Shown here: one piece after another, positions 1 through 7,448 of the stretch
How the letters are laid out: each line of letters opens with the position of its first letter
Numbering within the stretch: the stretch's first letter is position 1
Assembly (NCBI GenBank): GCA_037440225.1
Contig: JBBIUN010000011.1
Location: 20,979 to 84,978 of the forward strand
Source: Gemmatimonadota bacterium
GTDB lineage: Bacteria > Gemmatimonadota > Gemmatimonadetes > Gemmatimonadales > GWC2-71-9
DNA: 64,000 nucleotides
Direction: 5' to 3'
Notes under the pieces: generated by a model
Told to the model about the DNA's origin: nothing
Databases searched by the model: none
What the model saw: only the letters and a program-made list of their open reading frames with translations
Translations under genes and position numbers: made by a program

Positions 1-162
1 CTCGGCTATTATGGCCACCGCGGGGCCGGCCAGCGCCTCCTGCCAGCTCGGGCTAAGAGGAGCCGCGGCCGCCGCCCGCTGGAGCGCGGCCCGCTCGCTC
101 TCCAGCCGGCGCAGGCGCCGCTCCGTGGCGCCGAGGATGTTCTCCAGGAAAGTCGGGCTCAT
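1..162 (-). CDS. trpC: indole-3-glycerol-phosphate synthase, 5' end only (gene runs off left edge)
   Basis: Not in the ORF track. The reverse complement from ATG at 162 reads MSPTFLENILGATERRLRRLESERAALQRAAAAAPLSPSWQEALAGPAVAIIAE. This matches the typical TrpC N-terminal helix plus the 'vIAE' strand. Only 54 codons are visible. Confidence 0.7.
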   Translation of the reverse strand, partial: MSPTFLENILGATERRLRRLESERAALQRAAAAAPLSPSWQEALAGPAVAIIAE

Positions 163-233
163 GTCAACCGATCGGCTAGGGTATCACCCGCTCGGACGCC
201 CCGCGGCCGCAGAGCCGCGGGCACGTATGGAGG

Positions 234-262
234 TTGCGCTTCGGGAGGCCTTCGGGTACATT
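234..262 (+). promoter_or_regulatory. candidate sigma70-type promoter of lexA (TTGCGC-N17-TACATT)
   Basis: -35 TTGCGC at 234-239, 17-nt spacer, -10 TACATT at 257-262, 27 nt before the lexA ATG. The same TTGnnn-N17/18-TAnnnT architecture recurs upstream of other genes in this window. Confidence 0.4.
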
Positions 263-280
263 GCTTCGGCATCTATTCGG
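240..280 (+). promoter_or_regulatory. four phased TTCGG pentamers (two TTCGG-N6-TTCGG units), candidate operator
   Basis: TTCGG occurs at 240, 251, 265 and 276. The two pairs have identical 6-nt spacing (11-bp period). They cover the promoter spacer, the predicted TSS and the 5'UTR of lexA. Confidence 0.35.
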
Positions 281-289
281 TAGCCGACC

Positions 290-898
290 ATGGCCCTTAC
301 CAAGCGTCAAAAGCAGGTGCTGGATTTTATCGAAAGCTATATCCGGACCAACGGTTATGCGCCATCGTTCGACGAGATCGCGCAGCACTTCGCCTTTCGG
401 TCCCTAGCCACGGTCCATGAGCACGTGACCAACCTGGAACGCAAAGGCTACATCACGCGGGCCCACTACGAGAGCCGCGCCATCGAGATCTTGCCCCAGC
501 GAGGCCGCTCGGGTGCCACCGAGCTGCCCCTCCTAGGCCAGGTGGCGGCAGGCGAGCCCATCGAGGCCGTGACCACGCCGGAGACCATCGCCGTACCGGA
601 CGACTTGATCCCCCGGCGAGGGAGCAGCTACGTCCTCAAAGTGCGCGGCGACTCCATGATCGGCGAACACATCCAGGATGGCGACTACGTGGTGGTGCAC
701 GCCCGCCAGACGGCCCGGGACGGGGAAATGGTCATTGCCCTGGTGCACGGTACTTCGGCTACGGTCAAACGGCTGTTCCGGGAACCGGGGGGCTGGGTGC
801 GGTTGGAGCCGGCCAACGAAGCGGTGCCGCCCATCCGGGTGCACGAGGACGACGTGCTGATCCAGGGGGTGGTGGTCGGCGTCATGCGGAAATACTGA
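290..898 (+). CDS. lexA: LexA repressor (S24 peptidase)
   Basis: 202 aa. N-terminal winged HTH (KQVLDFIESYIRTNGYAPSFDEIA), Ala-Gly cleavage site (VAAGEP), catalytic Ser (GDSM) and Lys (TVKRL). Confidence 0.95.
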   Translation: MALTKRQKQVLDFIESYIRTNGYAPSFDEIAQHFAFRSLATVHEHVTNLERKGYITRAHYESRAIEILPQRGRSGATELPLLGQVAAGEPIEAVTTPETIAVPDDLIPRRGSSYVLKVRGDSMIGEHIQDGDYVVVHARQTARDGEMVIALVHGTSATVKRLFREPGGWVRLEPANEAVPPIRVHEDDVLIQGVVVGVMRKY

Positions 899-1931
899 TC
901 TTTCGGTCTGCCGCCAGGCGCTCCAGCAGGGCCCCGGCCGCTCCTTCGTCGAGGGCGGCGGCGGCGCGCTGAGCGCCCTGGGCAACGGAGTCGGCCAGCC
1001 CGGCCACGTAGAGGGCCGCCCCCGCGTTGAGAACCACCGTGGCCCGGCCCACCGCATCCCGCGCCGGCTCCGCGAGCAACCGGCGAACTCGTTGGGCGTT
1101 CTGGGGCGGATCACCCCCCTCGAGGCCTGCCAAGTCGTGGCTGGCCAGCCCTATGGTTCCGGGATCCAACTCCCAGGTGCGCACCTCCCCTGCCCGCACT
1201 TCCCAGACCACGCTGGGCCCGCTGGGCGCGATCTCATCCATTCCCACGCGGGCGTGCACCACCAAGGCATGCTCCGCCCCCAGCAGCCTCAGCGCCTCGG
1301 CCAACACGGGGCCGCGTTGGGGATCGGCAACCCCTACCACCTGCCGCCTCACCCCCGCCGGGTTGGCCAGCGGCCCGATCAGGTTCATGACCGTAGCAAT
1401 TCCCAGTTCCCGTCGCACCGGGGCCACAAAGCGCATGGCGGGGTGGTAGTTCGGCGCGAAGAGAAATGCCATCCCGTCTTCGCGCAAAGCCCGAGCGGCC
1501 GCTTCCGGACCCAGGCCCACGGGCAAACCCAGCGCCTCCAGGACGTCGGCCGAGCCGCACCGCGAGGTGTACGATCGGTTGCCATGCTTGGCCACACAGG
1601 CCCCGGCGGCCGCCGCAACGAGCGCCGCGGCAGTGGACACGTTGAACGTCGGTACGGCTCCGCCGCCCGTCCCGCAGGTGTCAATCACTACCCGGCCGGG
1701 CGGCCGCTCGACCCGGACCATGACCTCGCGCAGGGCGCGGACCGCGCCGGCCAGTTCCTCGGGCGTTTCACCCTTGACGCGCAGACCGGTCAGCAGTGCC
1801 GCGGTTTGCACGCCCGAGACCTCGCCTCGCATGAGCTGGCTGAACGCCCGGGTGGCCAGTTCCTCGCCCAGCGACTCGCCGGCGGCCAGCGTGGCGATGG
1901 CCCGGGCCAAGGGCTGCTCAGCGAGGTTCAC
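882..1931 (-). CDS. trpD: anthranilate phosphoribosyltransferase
   Basis: 349 aa with GTG start. Has the GTGGG PRPP loop, KHGNRS motif and glycosyltransferase family 3 layout. Its 3' end overlaps the lexA 3' end by 17 nt (convergent). Confidence 0.93.
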   Translation of the reverse strand: MNLAEQPLARAIATLAAGESLGEELATRAFSQLMRGEVSGVQTAALLTGLRVKGETPEELAGAVRALREVMVRVERPPGRVVIDTCGTGGGAVPTFNVSTAAALVAAAAGACVAKHGNRSYTSRCGSADVLEALGLPVGLGPEAAARALREDGMAFLFAPNYHPAMRFVAPVRRELGIATVMNLIGPLANPAGVRRQVVGVADPQRGPVLAEALRLLGAEHALVVHARVGMDEIAPSGPSVVWEVRAGEVRTWELDPGTIGLASHDLAGLEGGDPPQNAQRVRRLLAEPARDAVGRATVVLNAGAALYVAGLADSVAQGAQRAAAALDEGAAGALLERLAADRKISISA

Positions 1932-2011
1932 CGAGCCCCCCGGTCAGGACCGCTCGGGCGATGGCGGAGGCATCGAGGCGGCATTTTCTGGTATCCTAGC
2001 CTGGGATACAT
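1928..2011 (-). CDS. speculative 27-codon upstream ORF coupled to trpD (MYPRLGYQKMPPRCLRHRPSGPDRGAR)
   Basis: The ATG at 2011 lies 7 nt after the candidate -10, giving leaderless geometry. Its TGA overlaps the trpD GTG start as GTGA. It has no Trp codons, no homology is recognisable, and it could be chance in GC-rich DNA. Confidence 0.2.
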   Translation of the reverse strand: MYPRLGYQKMPPRCLRHRPSGPDRGAR

Positions 2012-2018
2012 GAACTGT

Positions 2019-2048
2019 ACACTACGGCTTCCTCGCTCCCCTTGTCAA
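2019..2048 (-). promoter_or_regulatory. candidate promoter of trpD (TTGACA-N18-TAGTGT)
   Basis: Read on the minus strand: TTGACA (2048-2043), 18-nt spacer, TAGTGT (2024-2019). Confidence 0.4.
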
Positions 2049-2053
2049 CCGCG

Positions 2054-2222
2054 CCAACGGAGCCTAGGCAGCCAGCCTCTTGCTGTCCCTATCCAGTGGA
2101 TCGCACCGGCTCCAACGGAGCTTAGGTAGCTAGCCTTTTGCTATCCGCTATTGAGTAGATCGCATCCCTGCGCTTTAGCGGCGCGAACGGAGCCCAGGCA
2201 GCTAGCTGCTTGCTGTGGCCAC
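2054..2222. repeat. three tandem imperfect repeats (units start at AACGGAG 2056, 2114, 2186), each with an internal hairpin
   Basis: R1 is AACGGAGCCTAGGCAGCCAGCCTCTTGCTGTCCCTATCCAGTGGATCGCA. R2 is AACGGAGCTTAGGTAGCTAGCCTTTTGCTATCCGCTATTGAGTAGATCGCA (about 82% identical to R1). R3 is AACGGAGCCCAGGCAGCTAGCTGCTTGCTGTGG. The stem is CAGC/GCTG in R1 and R3 and TAGC/GCTA in R2. Confidence 0.8.
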
Positions 2223-2238
2223 GGGGCGGTTCTATCTT
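2210..2238 (+). promoter_or_regulatory. candidate promoter of truA (TTGCTG-N17-TATCTT), leaderless geometry
   Basis: -35 at 2210-2215 (which is the 3' arm of repeat R3), -10 at 2233-2238. The ATG of truA is only 8 nt downstream. Confidence 0.4.
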
Positions 2239-2246
2239 GCCCGGGC

Positions 2247-3011
2247 ATGCCGGCGGTCCCCTGCTACGCCGTCCTCCACTATCTGGGGCACGCTTTCTCG
2301 GGCTGGCAGCGCCAGCCTTCCCACCGCACGGTTCAAGGCGAATTCGAACGGGTTCTGGAGCACCTGGCTGGAGGCCGGGTCGTGACCCACGCCGCGGGGC
2401 GCACGGACGCCGGGGTCCACGCCCTAGGACAGGTGGTGAGCTTTTGCATGCCGGAGCGGTGGGAAGATGTGGCGGCCCTGGAGCGGGCCCTCAATGCGCT
2501 GCTCCCCCCGGACATTTGGGTGGCGCGGGTGGGCAGAGCACCGGAGGGTTTTCATGCCCGCCGGCACGCGACCTCCCGCTGCTATCGGTACGTGGTGGGC
2601 TGTGATGCGGCCAGCCGCTCGCCGTTCAGGCGCCCGTTCGAGTGGGCCTTGCAGCAGCCGCTGGAGTACGAGCTGCTGAGCCAAGCGGCTGCGGCACTCG
2701 AAGGGGAGCACGATTTCCGGGCCTTCGCGGCAGTCGGGCAGCGCAAGCCGCATTACCGCTGCCGGGTCCTGGTATCGCGCTGGGAGGCGCGGCCCGGCGG
2801 CGAAGGGTTTATTTTTACCATCGAGGCGGATCGCTTCCTGCACCGGATGGTGAGGTTTTTGGTCGGCACCATGGTGGACGTGGGGCGCGGGCGGCGGCCG
2901 GTAGCGGACATGGCCCGGCTGTTGGCGGGGGCGAGCAACGCCGAGGCCAGCCCCCCGGCTCCGCCGGAAGGCTTGTATTTGGTTGGCGCCCGATACCCTC
3001 AACTACCCTGA
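2247..3011 (+). CDS. truA: tRNA pseudouridine(38-40) synthase
   Basis: The track ORF 2151-3011 is trimmed to the internal ATG at 2247 (MPAVPCYAVLHYLGHAFSGWQRQ). It has the TruA YdGtxfxGwQxQ motif and catalytic GRTDAGVHA. The upstream 32 codons lie in the repeat region. Confidence 0.88.
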   Translation: MPAVPCYAVLHYLGHAFSGWQRQPSHRTVQGEFERVLEHLAGGRVVTHAAGRTDAGVHALGQVVSFCMPERWEDVAALERALNALLPPDIWVARVGRAPEGFHARRHATSRCYRYVVGCDAASRSPFRRPFEWALQQPLEYELLSQAAAALEGEHDFRAFAAVGQRKPHYRCRVLVSRWEARPGGEGFIFTIEADRFLHRMVRFLVGTMVDVGRGRRPVADMARLLAGASNAEASPPAPPEGLYLVGARYPQLP

Positions 3012-3023
3012 GGACCGCGACCG

Positions 3024-3692
3024 ATGAAAATCTTCCTGGACACTGCCAGCCTCGCCGACATCCGCTGGGCCTCCCAGGCCGGACTGATTGACGGCGTGAC
3101 CACCAACCCCACGCTGCTGGCCAAGGCCGCGGGCGACGTGGAGCCCAACGATGTGCTGAAAGAAATCTGCTCGCTGGTAGACGGCCCGGTCAGCGCCGAG
3201 GTGGTGGCGGTGGATGTCGAGGGGATGTACCGGGAGGGGCGCGAGCTGGCCAAGCTGGCGGAGAACGTGGTGGTCAAGATCCCGATGATCGAGGAGGGGC
3301 TCACGGCCATCCGCCGCCTGGTGAGCGACGGCATCCGGGTCAACGTGACGCTGTGCTTCAGTTCGGTTCAGTGCTTGCTGGCGGCCAAGGCGGGGGCCAC
3401 GTACGTATCGCCCTTCTTAGGGCGGCTGGACGACGTGGGGCACGAGGGGATGGATGTGATCCGCGAGGCGCGGCTGATCTTCGACAACTACGACTTGGAA
3501 ACCCAGATCCTGGCGGCTTCGATCCGGCATCCGCGCCACGTGGCCGAGGCGGCCATGCTGGGAGCGGACGTGGCCACTATGCCGACCGAGGTGTTGCGCA
3601 AGCTCCTGCTCCACCCGCTCACGGACCGCGGCCTGGACCAGTTCCTCAACGACTGGAGCAAGCTGGCCGCGCGGTCGAAAGTGAACGTTTGA
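3024..3692 (+). CDS. tal: transaldolase / fructose-6-phosphate aldolase family (short type 3B)
   Basis: 222 aa. MKIFLDTA...GVTTNPTLL...VKIP...SPFLGRLDD motifs are typical of TalC/Fsa. Confidence 0.9.
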   Translation: MKIFLDTASLADIRWASQAGLIDGVTTNPTLLAKAAGDVEPNDVLKEICSLVDGPVSAEVVAVDVEGMYREGRELAKLAENVVVKIPMIEEGLTAIRRLVSDGIRVNVTLCFSSVQCLLAAKAGATYVSPFLGRLDDVGHEGMDVIREARLIFDNYDLETQILAASIRHPRHVAEAAMLGADVATMPTEVLRKLLLHPLTDRGLDQFLNDWSKLAARSKVNV

Positions 3693-5089
3693 GGTTCCTG
3701 GGCCTGTTGCTTGCCGCGGCGGCCCTAGCCGGTTGCGACCGCGGCCCGCCCATTCGAGAGGCGCAAGCCAGCGCCGCGCGGCAGGTTCGAGCGGCCAGCG
3801 AGGCCGCCAGCGCCGCCCGGCGCACGGCCCTGGTGGCGGCGGCCGCGCGGGTGGCTCCGGCCGTGGTCAGCGTGAACGTCATCAAGCGGGAGCGAGAGGA
3901 ACCCCGCACCCCGTGGGATTTCTTCTTCCTGCCCCGCGGCTACGAGCGGGTGGTGCAGGGGCTCGGCACCGGTTTCCTGCTGAGCAGCGACGGCCTCATT
4001 ATCACCAATCAGCACGTCACCGACGGTGCGGATTCCATCGTGGTGACGACCCGGGACGGGCGGGACTTCGACGCGCGGCTGCTGGGGGAAGATCCCTTGA
4101 CCGACATCGCGGTGTTGCGGATCCGGGCCAGCGGCCTGCCCACCGCGCCGTTGGGATCCAGCACGGATCTCATGATCGGCGAGTGGGTGATCGCCATCGG
4201 CAATCCCTACGGCATGCTGCTGGGCAACACCGAGCCTTCGGTGTCGGCGGGCGTGGTGAGCGCGGTGGGCCGCAACTTGTTGCCCACCGGGGACCAGCCG
4301 GGCGTGTACGTGCACATGATCCAGACGGATGCCGCCATCAATCCGGGCAACAGCGGCGGCCCGCTGGTCAACGCCTTGGGCGAGGTGGTGGGAGTCAATA
4401 GCTCCATCTTTTCGACCAGCGGGGGCTCGATCGGGATCGGCTTTGCCATTCCCATCGAGCGAGCCCTGCGGGTAGCGGACGAGCTGAAGCGCTACGGTGC
4501 GGTGCGCCGGGCATGGCTGGGCCTGGACGTGGCCGGCTCCGAGGAGCTGAGGGAGTGGAAGCGGCTGGGTGGGCTTCGCGTGACTCGGGTAGCTCAAGGG
4601 GGCCCGGCGGCGCGCGCCGGCATCGCGGTGGGCGACGTGCTGACGGCCGCCGCGGAACAGCCGCTCCGTACCTTCCTGGACTGGGAGGCCGTCAAGCTGG
4701 ACGTGGCTCCGGGCGACTCGCTGGCCGTCCAAGTGCGGCGAGGCGGCCGGCAGCGATCGGTGAAGCTGGCGGTCGAAGAGCTGCCCACGTCGCGGGCGGA
4801 AAAGGTGGCGGTCTTGGGCGACATGGAATTGGTCACCGTGACCGCCGCGATCCAGCAGGAGCGGGGCCTTAGGGCGGCGCGAGGCGCCCTCATTTATCGC
4901 ATCGGACCAGCGACCGAGGAGGCTACCGGCCTCGCGGCGGGAGACGTGATCTTGCAGATCAATCGCCAGACCATCGCCACGGCCGAGGACGCCCGCCGTG
5001 CCTTCCGGCTGGCAGCCGGCCGGACACCGGTGCGGGTCTATTTCGAGCGCGGCGGCCAGATCGGCTTTGCCGACTTCTACGTGCAATGA
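3689..5089 (+). CDS. htrA: HtrA/DegP-family serine protease lipoprotein with two PDZ domains
   Basis: The track ORF 3353-5089 has its first 112 codons overlapping tal out of frame. A TTG at 3689 (TTGA overlap with the tal stop) gives MRFLGLLLAAAALAGC, a lipobox signal. Trypsin-fold triad context is present (TNQHV, DIAVLRI, GNSGGPLV). Confidence 0.85.
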   Translation: MRFLGLLLAAAALAGCDRGPPIREAQASAARQVRAASEAASAARRTALVAAAARVAPAVVSVNVIKREREEPRTPWDFFFLPRGYERVVQGLGTGFLLSSDGLIITNQHVTDGADSIVVTTRDGRDFDARLLGEDPLTDIAVLRIRASGLPTAPLGSSTDLMIGEWVIAIGNPYGMLLGNTEPSVSAGVVSAVGRNLLPTGDQPGVYVHMIQTDAAINPGNSGGPLVNALGEVVGVNSSIFSTSGGSIGIGFAIPIERALRVADELKRYGAVRRAWLGLDVAGSEELREWKRLGGLRVTRVAQGGPAARAGIAVGDVLTAAAEQPLRTFLDWEAVKLDVAPGDSLAVQVRRGGRQRSVKLAVEELPTSRAEKVAVLGDMELVTVTAAIQQERGLRAARGALIYRIGPATEEATGLAAGDVILQINRQTIATAEDARRAFRLAAGRTPVRVYFERGGQIGFADFYVQ

Positions 5090-6525
5090 GCCAGCCCGCC
5101 ACCTACCTCTCGGCGCTGGCGAGCCGCTACGCCTCACCGCGCATGGTCCAGCTCTGGAGCGAGGAGCACCGGGCGCGGTTGTGGCGGCGGCTCTGGCTGG
5201 CGCTGGCGGAAGAAGAGCGCCGCCTGGGTCTGGACATTCCGGAGGAAGCCTTAGCGCAGATGCGCGCCCACCTGGAGGACGCCGATCTCGAACGGGTGCG
5301 CGCGCACGAGGGCCGGCTGCGCCACGACGTCATGGCCCACATCTACCATTTCGGCGAGCAGGCGCCCGCAGCGCGACCATACCTCCACCTCGGCGCCACC
5401 AGCGCCTTCGTGACTGACAATGCGGATCTCGTGGTGATGCGCGAAACCTTGCGCCTGCTGCTGGGCCGCGTGGTCGCGGTGCTCCGGGCCCTGCGGGCGT
5501 TCGCCTTGCGCTACGCCGAATTGCCCACGGTCGCCTATACGCACTTCCAGCCCGCCCAACTGACGACCGTGGGCAAGCGGGCCACCCTCTGGCTTCAGGA
5601 CTTTGCCCTGGACGCCGTGGCCCTGCACCGCACGGTGGAGGAACTCCCGTTTCGGGGGTGCAAGGGCACCACCGGCACCCAAGCCAGCTTCCTGGAGCTG
5701 TTCAACGGCGACCATGCCAAGGTGCGCGAACTGGACCAACGGCTGGCTCGAGCCTTCGGCTTTGCCGAGTCCATTCCTGTCTCCGGCCAAACCTACAGCC
5801 GGAAGATTGACAGCCAGGTGCTCGACGTGCTGGCAGGGCTGGCCCAGAGTGCCTCGAAGTTCGCCACCGACCTGAGGTTGCTGCAACACGAGGGGGAGCT
5901 GCTGGAGCCGGCTGAGGTCGAGCAGGTGGGATCCAGCGCGATGCCCTACAAGCGGAACCCAGTGCGGGCCGAGCGGATCTGCGGGCTGGCGCGGTACCTC
6001 TTGACCCTGCGCGACAACGCGGCCTACACCGCCGCCACCCAGTGGCTGGAGCGAACGCTGGACGACAGCGCCAACCGGCGCCTGGTCCTGCCGGATGCGG
6101 CCCTGGCTGCCGACGCGATCCTGATCTTGGCGAGCAACATCGCCGCCGGCCTCGAGGTGCGCGAGGCCACGATCCGCCGCCACGTGGACGCGGTCATGCC
6201 CTTCATGGCCACGGAGCGCTGGCTCATGCTGGGCGTCAAGGCGGGCGGCGACCGCCAGGCGCTGCACGAGGTCATTCGCCGCCACAGCCGCGCCGTGAGC
6301 GCGGCCCAGGAGGCAGGAGAGCCCAACGATCTGCTGGAGCGGCTGGCCCGGGATCCCGCCTTCGCCGGGGTGGACGGAGCCGCTCTCCGCCAGGAGCTGG
6401 ATCCGCTCCGCTACGTGGGCCGGGCGTCACAACAAGTGGCCGAGTACGTGCAGGGGCCGCTCGAACGCCTGCTCGCTCTGCTCCAACCGTTCCCCATCCC
6501 CGATGACGCCGAGGTCACCGTATGA
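5086..6525 (+). CDS. purB: adenylosuccinate lyase
   Basis: 479 aa of the fumarate-lyase family, with the [10 protein letters not shown] signature. ATGA overlap with htrA. Confidence 0.95.
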   Translation: MSQPATYLSALASRYASPRMVQLWSEEHRARLWRRLWLALAEEERRLGLDIPEEALAQMRAHLEDADLERVRAHEGRLRHDVMAHIYHFGEQAPAARPYLHLGATSAFVTDNADLVVMRETLRLLLGRVVAVLRALRAFALRYAELPTVAYTHFQPAQLTTVGKRATLWLQDFALDAVALHRTVEELPFRGCKGTTGTQASFLELFNGDHAKVRELDQRLARAFGFAESIPVSGQTYSRKIDSQVLDVLAGLAQSASKFATDLRLLQHEGELLEPAEVEQVGSSAMPYKRNPVRAERICGLARYLLTLRDNAAYTAATQWLERTLDDSANRRLVLPDAALAADAILILASNIAAGLEVREATIRRHVDAVMPFMATERWLMLGVKAGGDRQALHEVIRRHSRAVSAAQEAGEPNDLLERLARDPAFAGVDGAALRQELDPLRYVGRASQQVAEYVQGPLERLLALLQPFPIPDDAEVTV

Positions 6526-7448
6526 CGGCATCCGTGCTCAGCGAGAGCCACCTCCCCCTGCCCCGGATCAACCAGGGCAAGGTGCGCGACATTTACGCGG
6601 TGGACGAGGATACCCTGCTGTTGGTCGCCAGCGACCGAGTGAGCGCCTTCGACGTGGTCCTGCGCGAGCCCATCCCTTACAAGGGTGCGGTACTCACGCA
6701 GATGAGCGCGTACTGGTTCCGTACCTTGGTGGGGATCGTCCCCAACCACTTCCTGACGGCGGACGCCGACGAGATCATCCGGCGGGTTCCGGGGCTGGCG
6801 CCCCATCGTGCCACCATCCAGGGAAGAGCTATGCTGGTGCGGCGTACTGTGCCCATTCCTTTCGAGTGCGTGGTGCGCGGCTACTTGGCCGGATCCGGAT
6901 GGGCCGAATACCAAGAGCACGGTACCCTGGCGGGCGAGCCGCTGCCGCCCGGCCTCAGGGAGTCTGAGCGGCTGGACCCGCCGGTCTTCACGCCGGCCAC
7001 CAAGGCGGTGACGGGGCATGACGAGAACGTGAGCTTCGCCCGGATGCGGGAAGGGTTGGGTCCTGCGCTGGCGGCGCGCCTCAAGGACGCGAGCCTTAAG
7101 CTGTACCTCGAAGCCGGGCGCCTGGCGGCGGAACGCGGCATTATCATCGCCGATACCAAGTTCGAATTCGGCGAAGACCGATCCGGGCAGCTGCTCCTGA
7201 TTGACGAGCTGCTCACGCCGGACTCGTCCCGGTTCTGGCCCGCGGACCAGTACCAGCCAGGCCGGAGCCAGCCGAGCTTCGACAAGCAGCCCCTGCGGGA
7301 TTACCTGAGCGGACTCAAGCGGGCCGGCCAATGGGACGGCAATGCCCCGCCTCCGCGCCTGCCGCCGGAAGTGGTGCGCGCCACCTCGGTGCGCTACCGG
7401 GACGCCTACCTCAGAATCACGGGCGAGGCGCTGGCCGTAGGGTCATGA
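6522..7448 (+). CDS. purC: phosphoribosylaminoimidazole-succinocarboxamide (SAICAR) synthase
   Basis: 308 aa. GKVRDIY...[13 protein letters not shown] and ADTKFEFG motifs. ATGA overlap with purB. Confidence 0.95.
   Translation: MTASVLSESHLPLPRINQGKVRDIYAVDEDTLLLVASDRVSAFDVVLREPIPYKGAVLTQMSAYWFRTLVGIVPNHFLTADADEIIRRVPGLAPHRATIQGRAMLVRRTVPIPFECVVRGYLAGSGWAEYQEHGTLAGEPLPPGLRESERLDPPVFTPATKAVTGHDENVSFARMREGLGPALAARLKDASLKLYLEAGRLAAERGIIIADTKFEFGEDRSGQLLLIDELLTPDSSRFWPADQYQPGRSQPSFDKQPLRDYLSGLKRAGQWDGNAPPPRLPPEVVRATSVRYRDAYLRITGEALAVGS

Noticed and set aside
11-283. 90-aa plus-strand ORF at the left edge (MATAGPASASCQLG...)
   Set aside because: Its first 150 nt are antisense to a clearly recognisable trpC N-terminus. 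The rest is the trpC-lexA intergenic region that holds the lexA promoter. The sequence is Arg/Ala-rich with no motif. It is a shadow ORF.
2054-2222. CRISPR array, T-box, or classical trp attenuator interpretation of the tandem repeats
   Set aside because: There are only three units, of unequal period (58 and 72 bp) and diverged sequence, with no spacer-like unique inserts and no cas genes, so it is not CRISPR. There is no specifier loop or T-box consensus. There is no leader peptide with Trp codons, and no terminator/antiterminator pair followed by a U-tract.
3725-5137. 470-aa minus-strand ORF covering the htrA region, and similar long antisense or off-frame ORFs (for example 5251-6285, 6411-7331, 7756-9069, 10623-11915, 14399-15802, 27817-28953, 55207-56787)
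   Set aside because: Each lies entirely opposite or out of frame to a gene with unmistakable family motifs. The translations are Arg/Gly/Pro/His-rich low-complexity strings, typical of stop-poor shadow frames in ~70% GC DNA.
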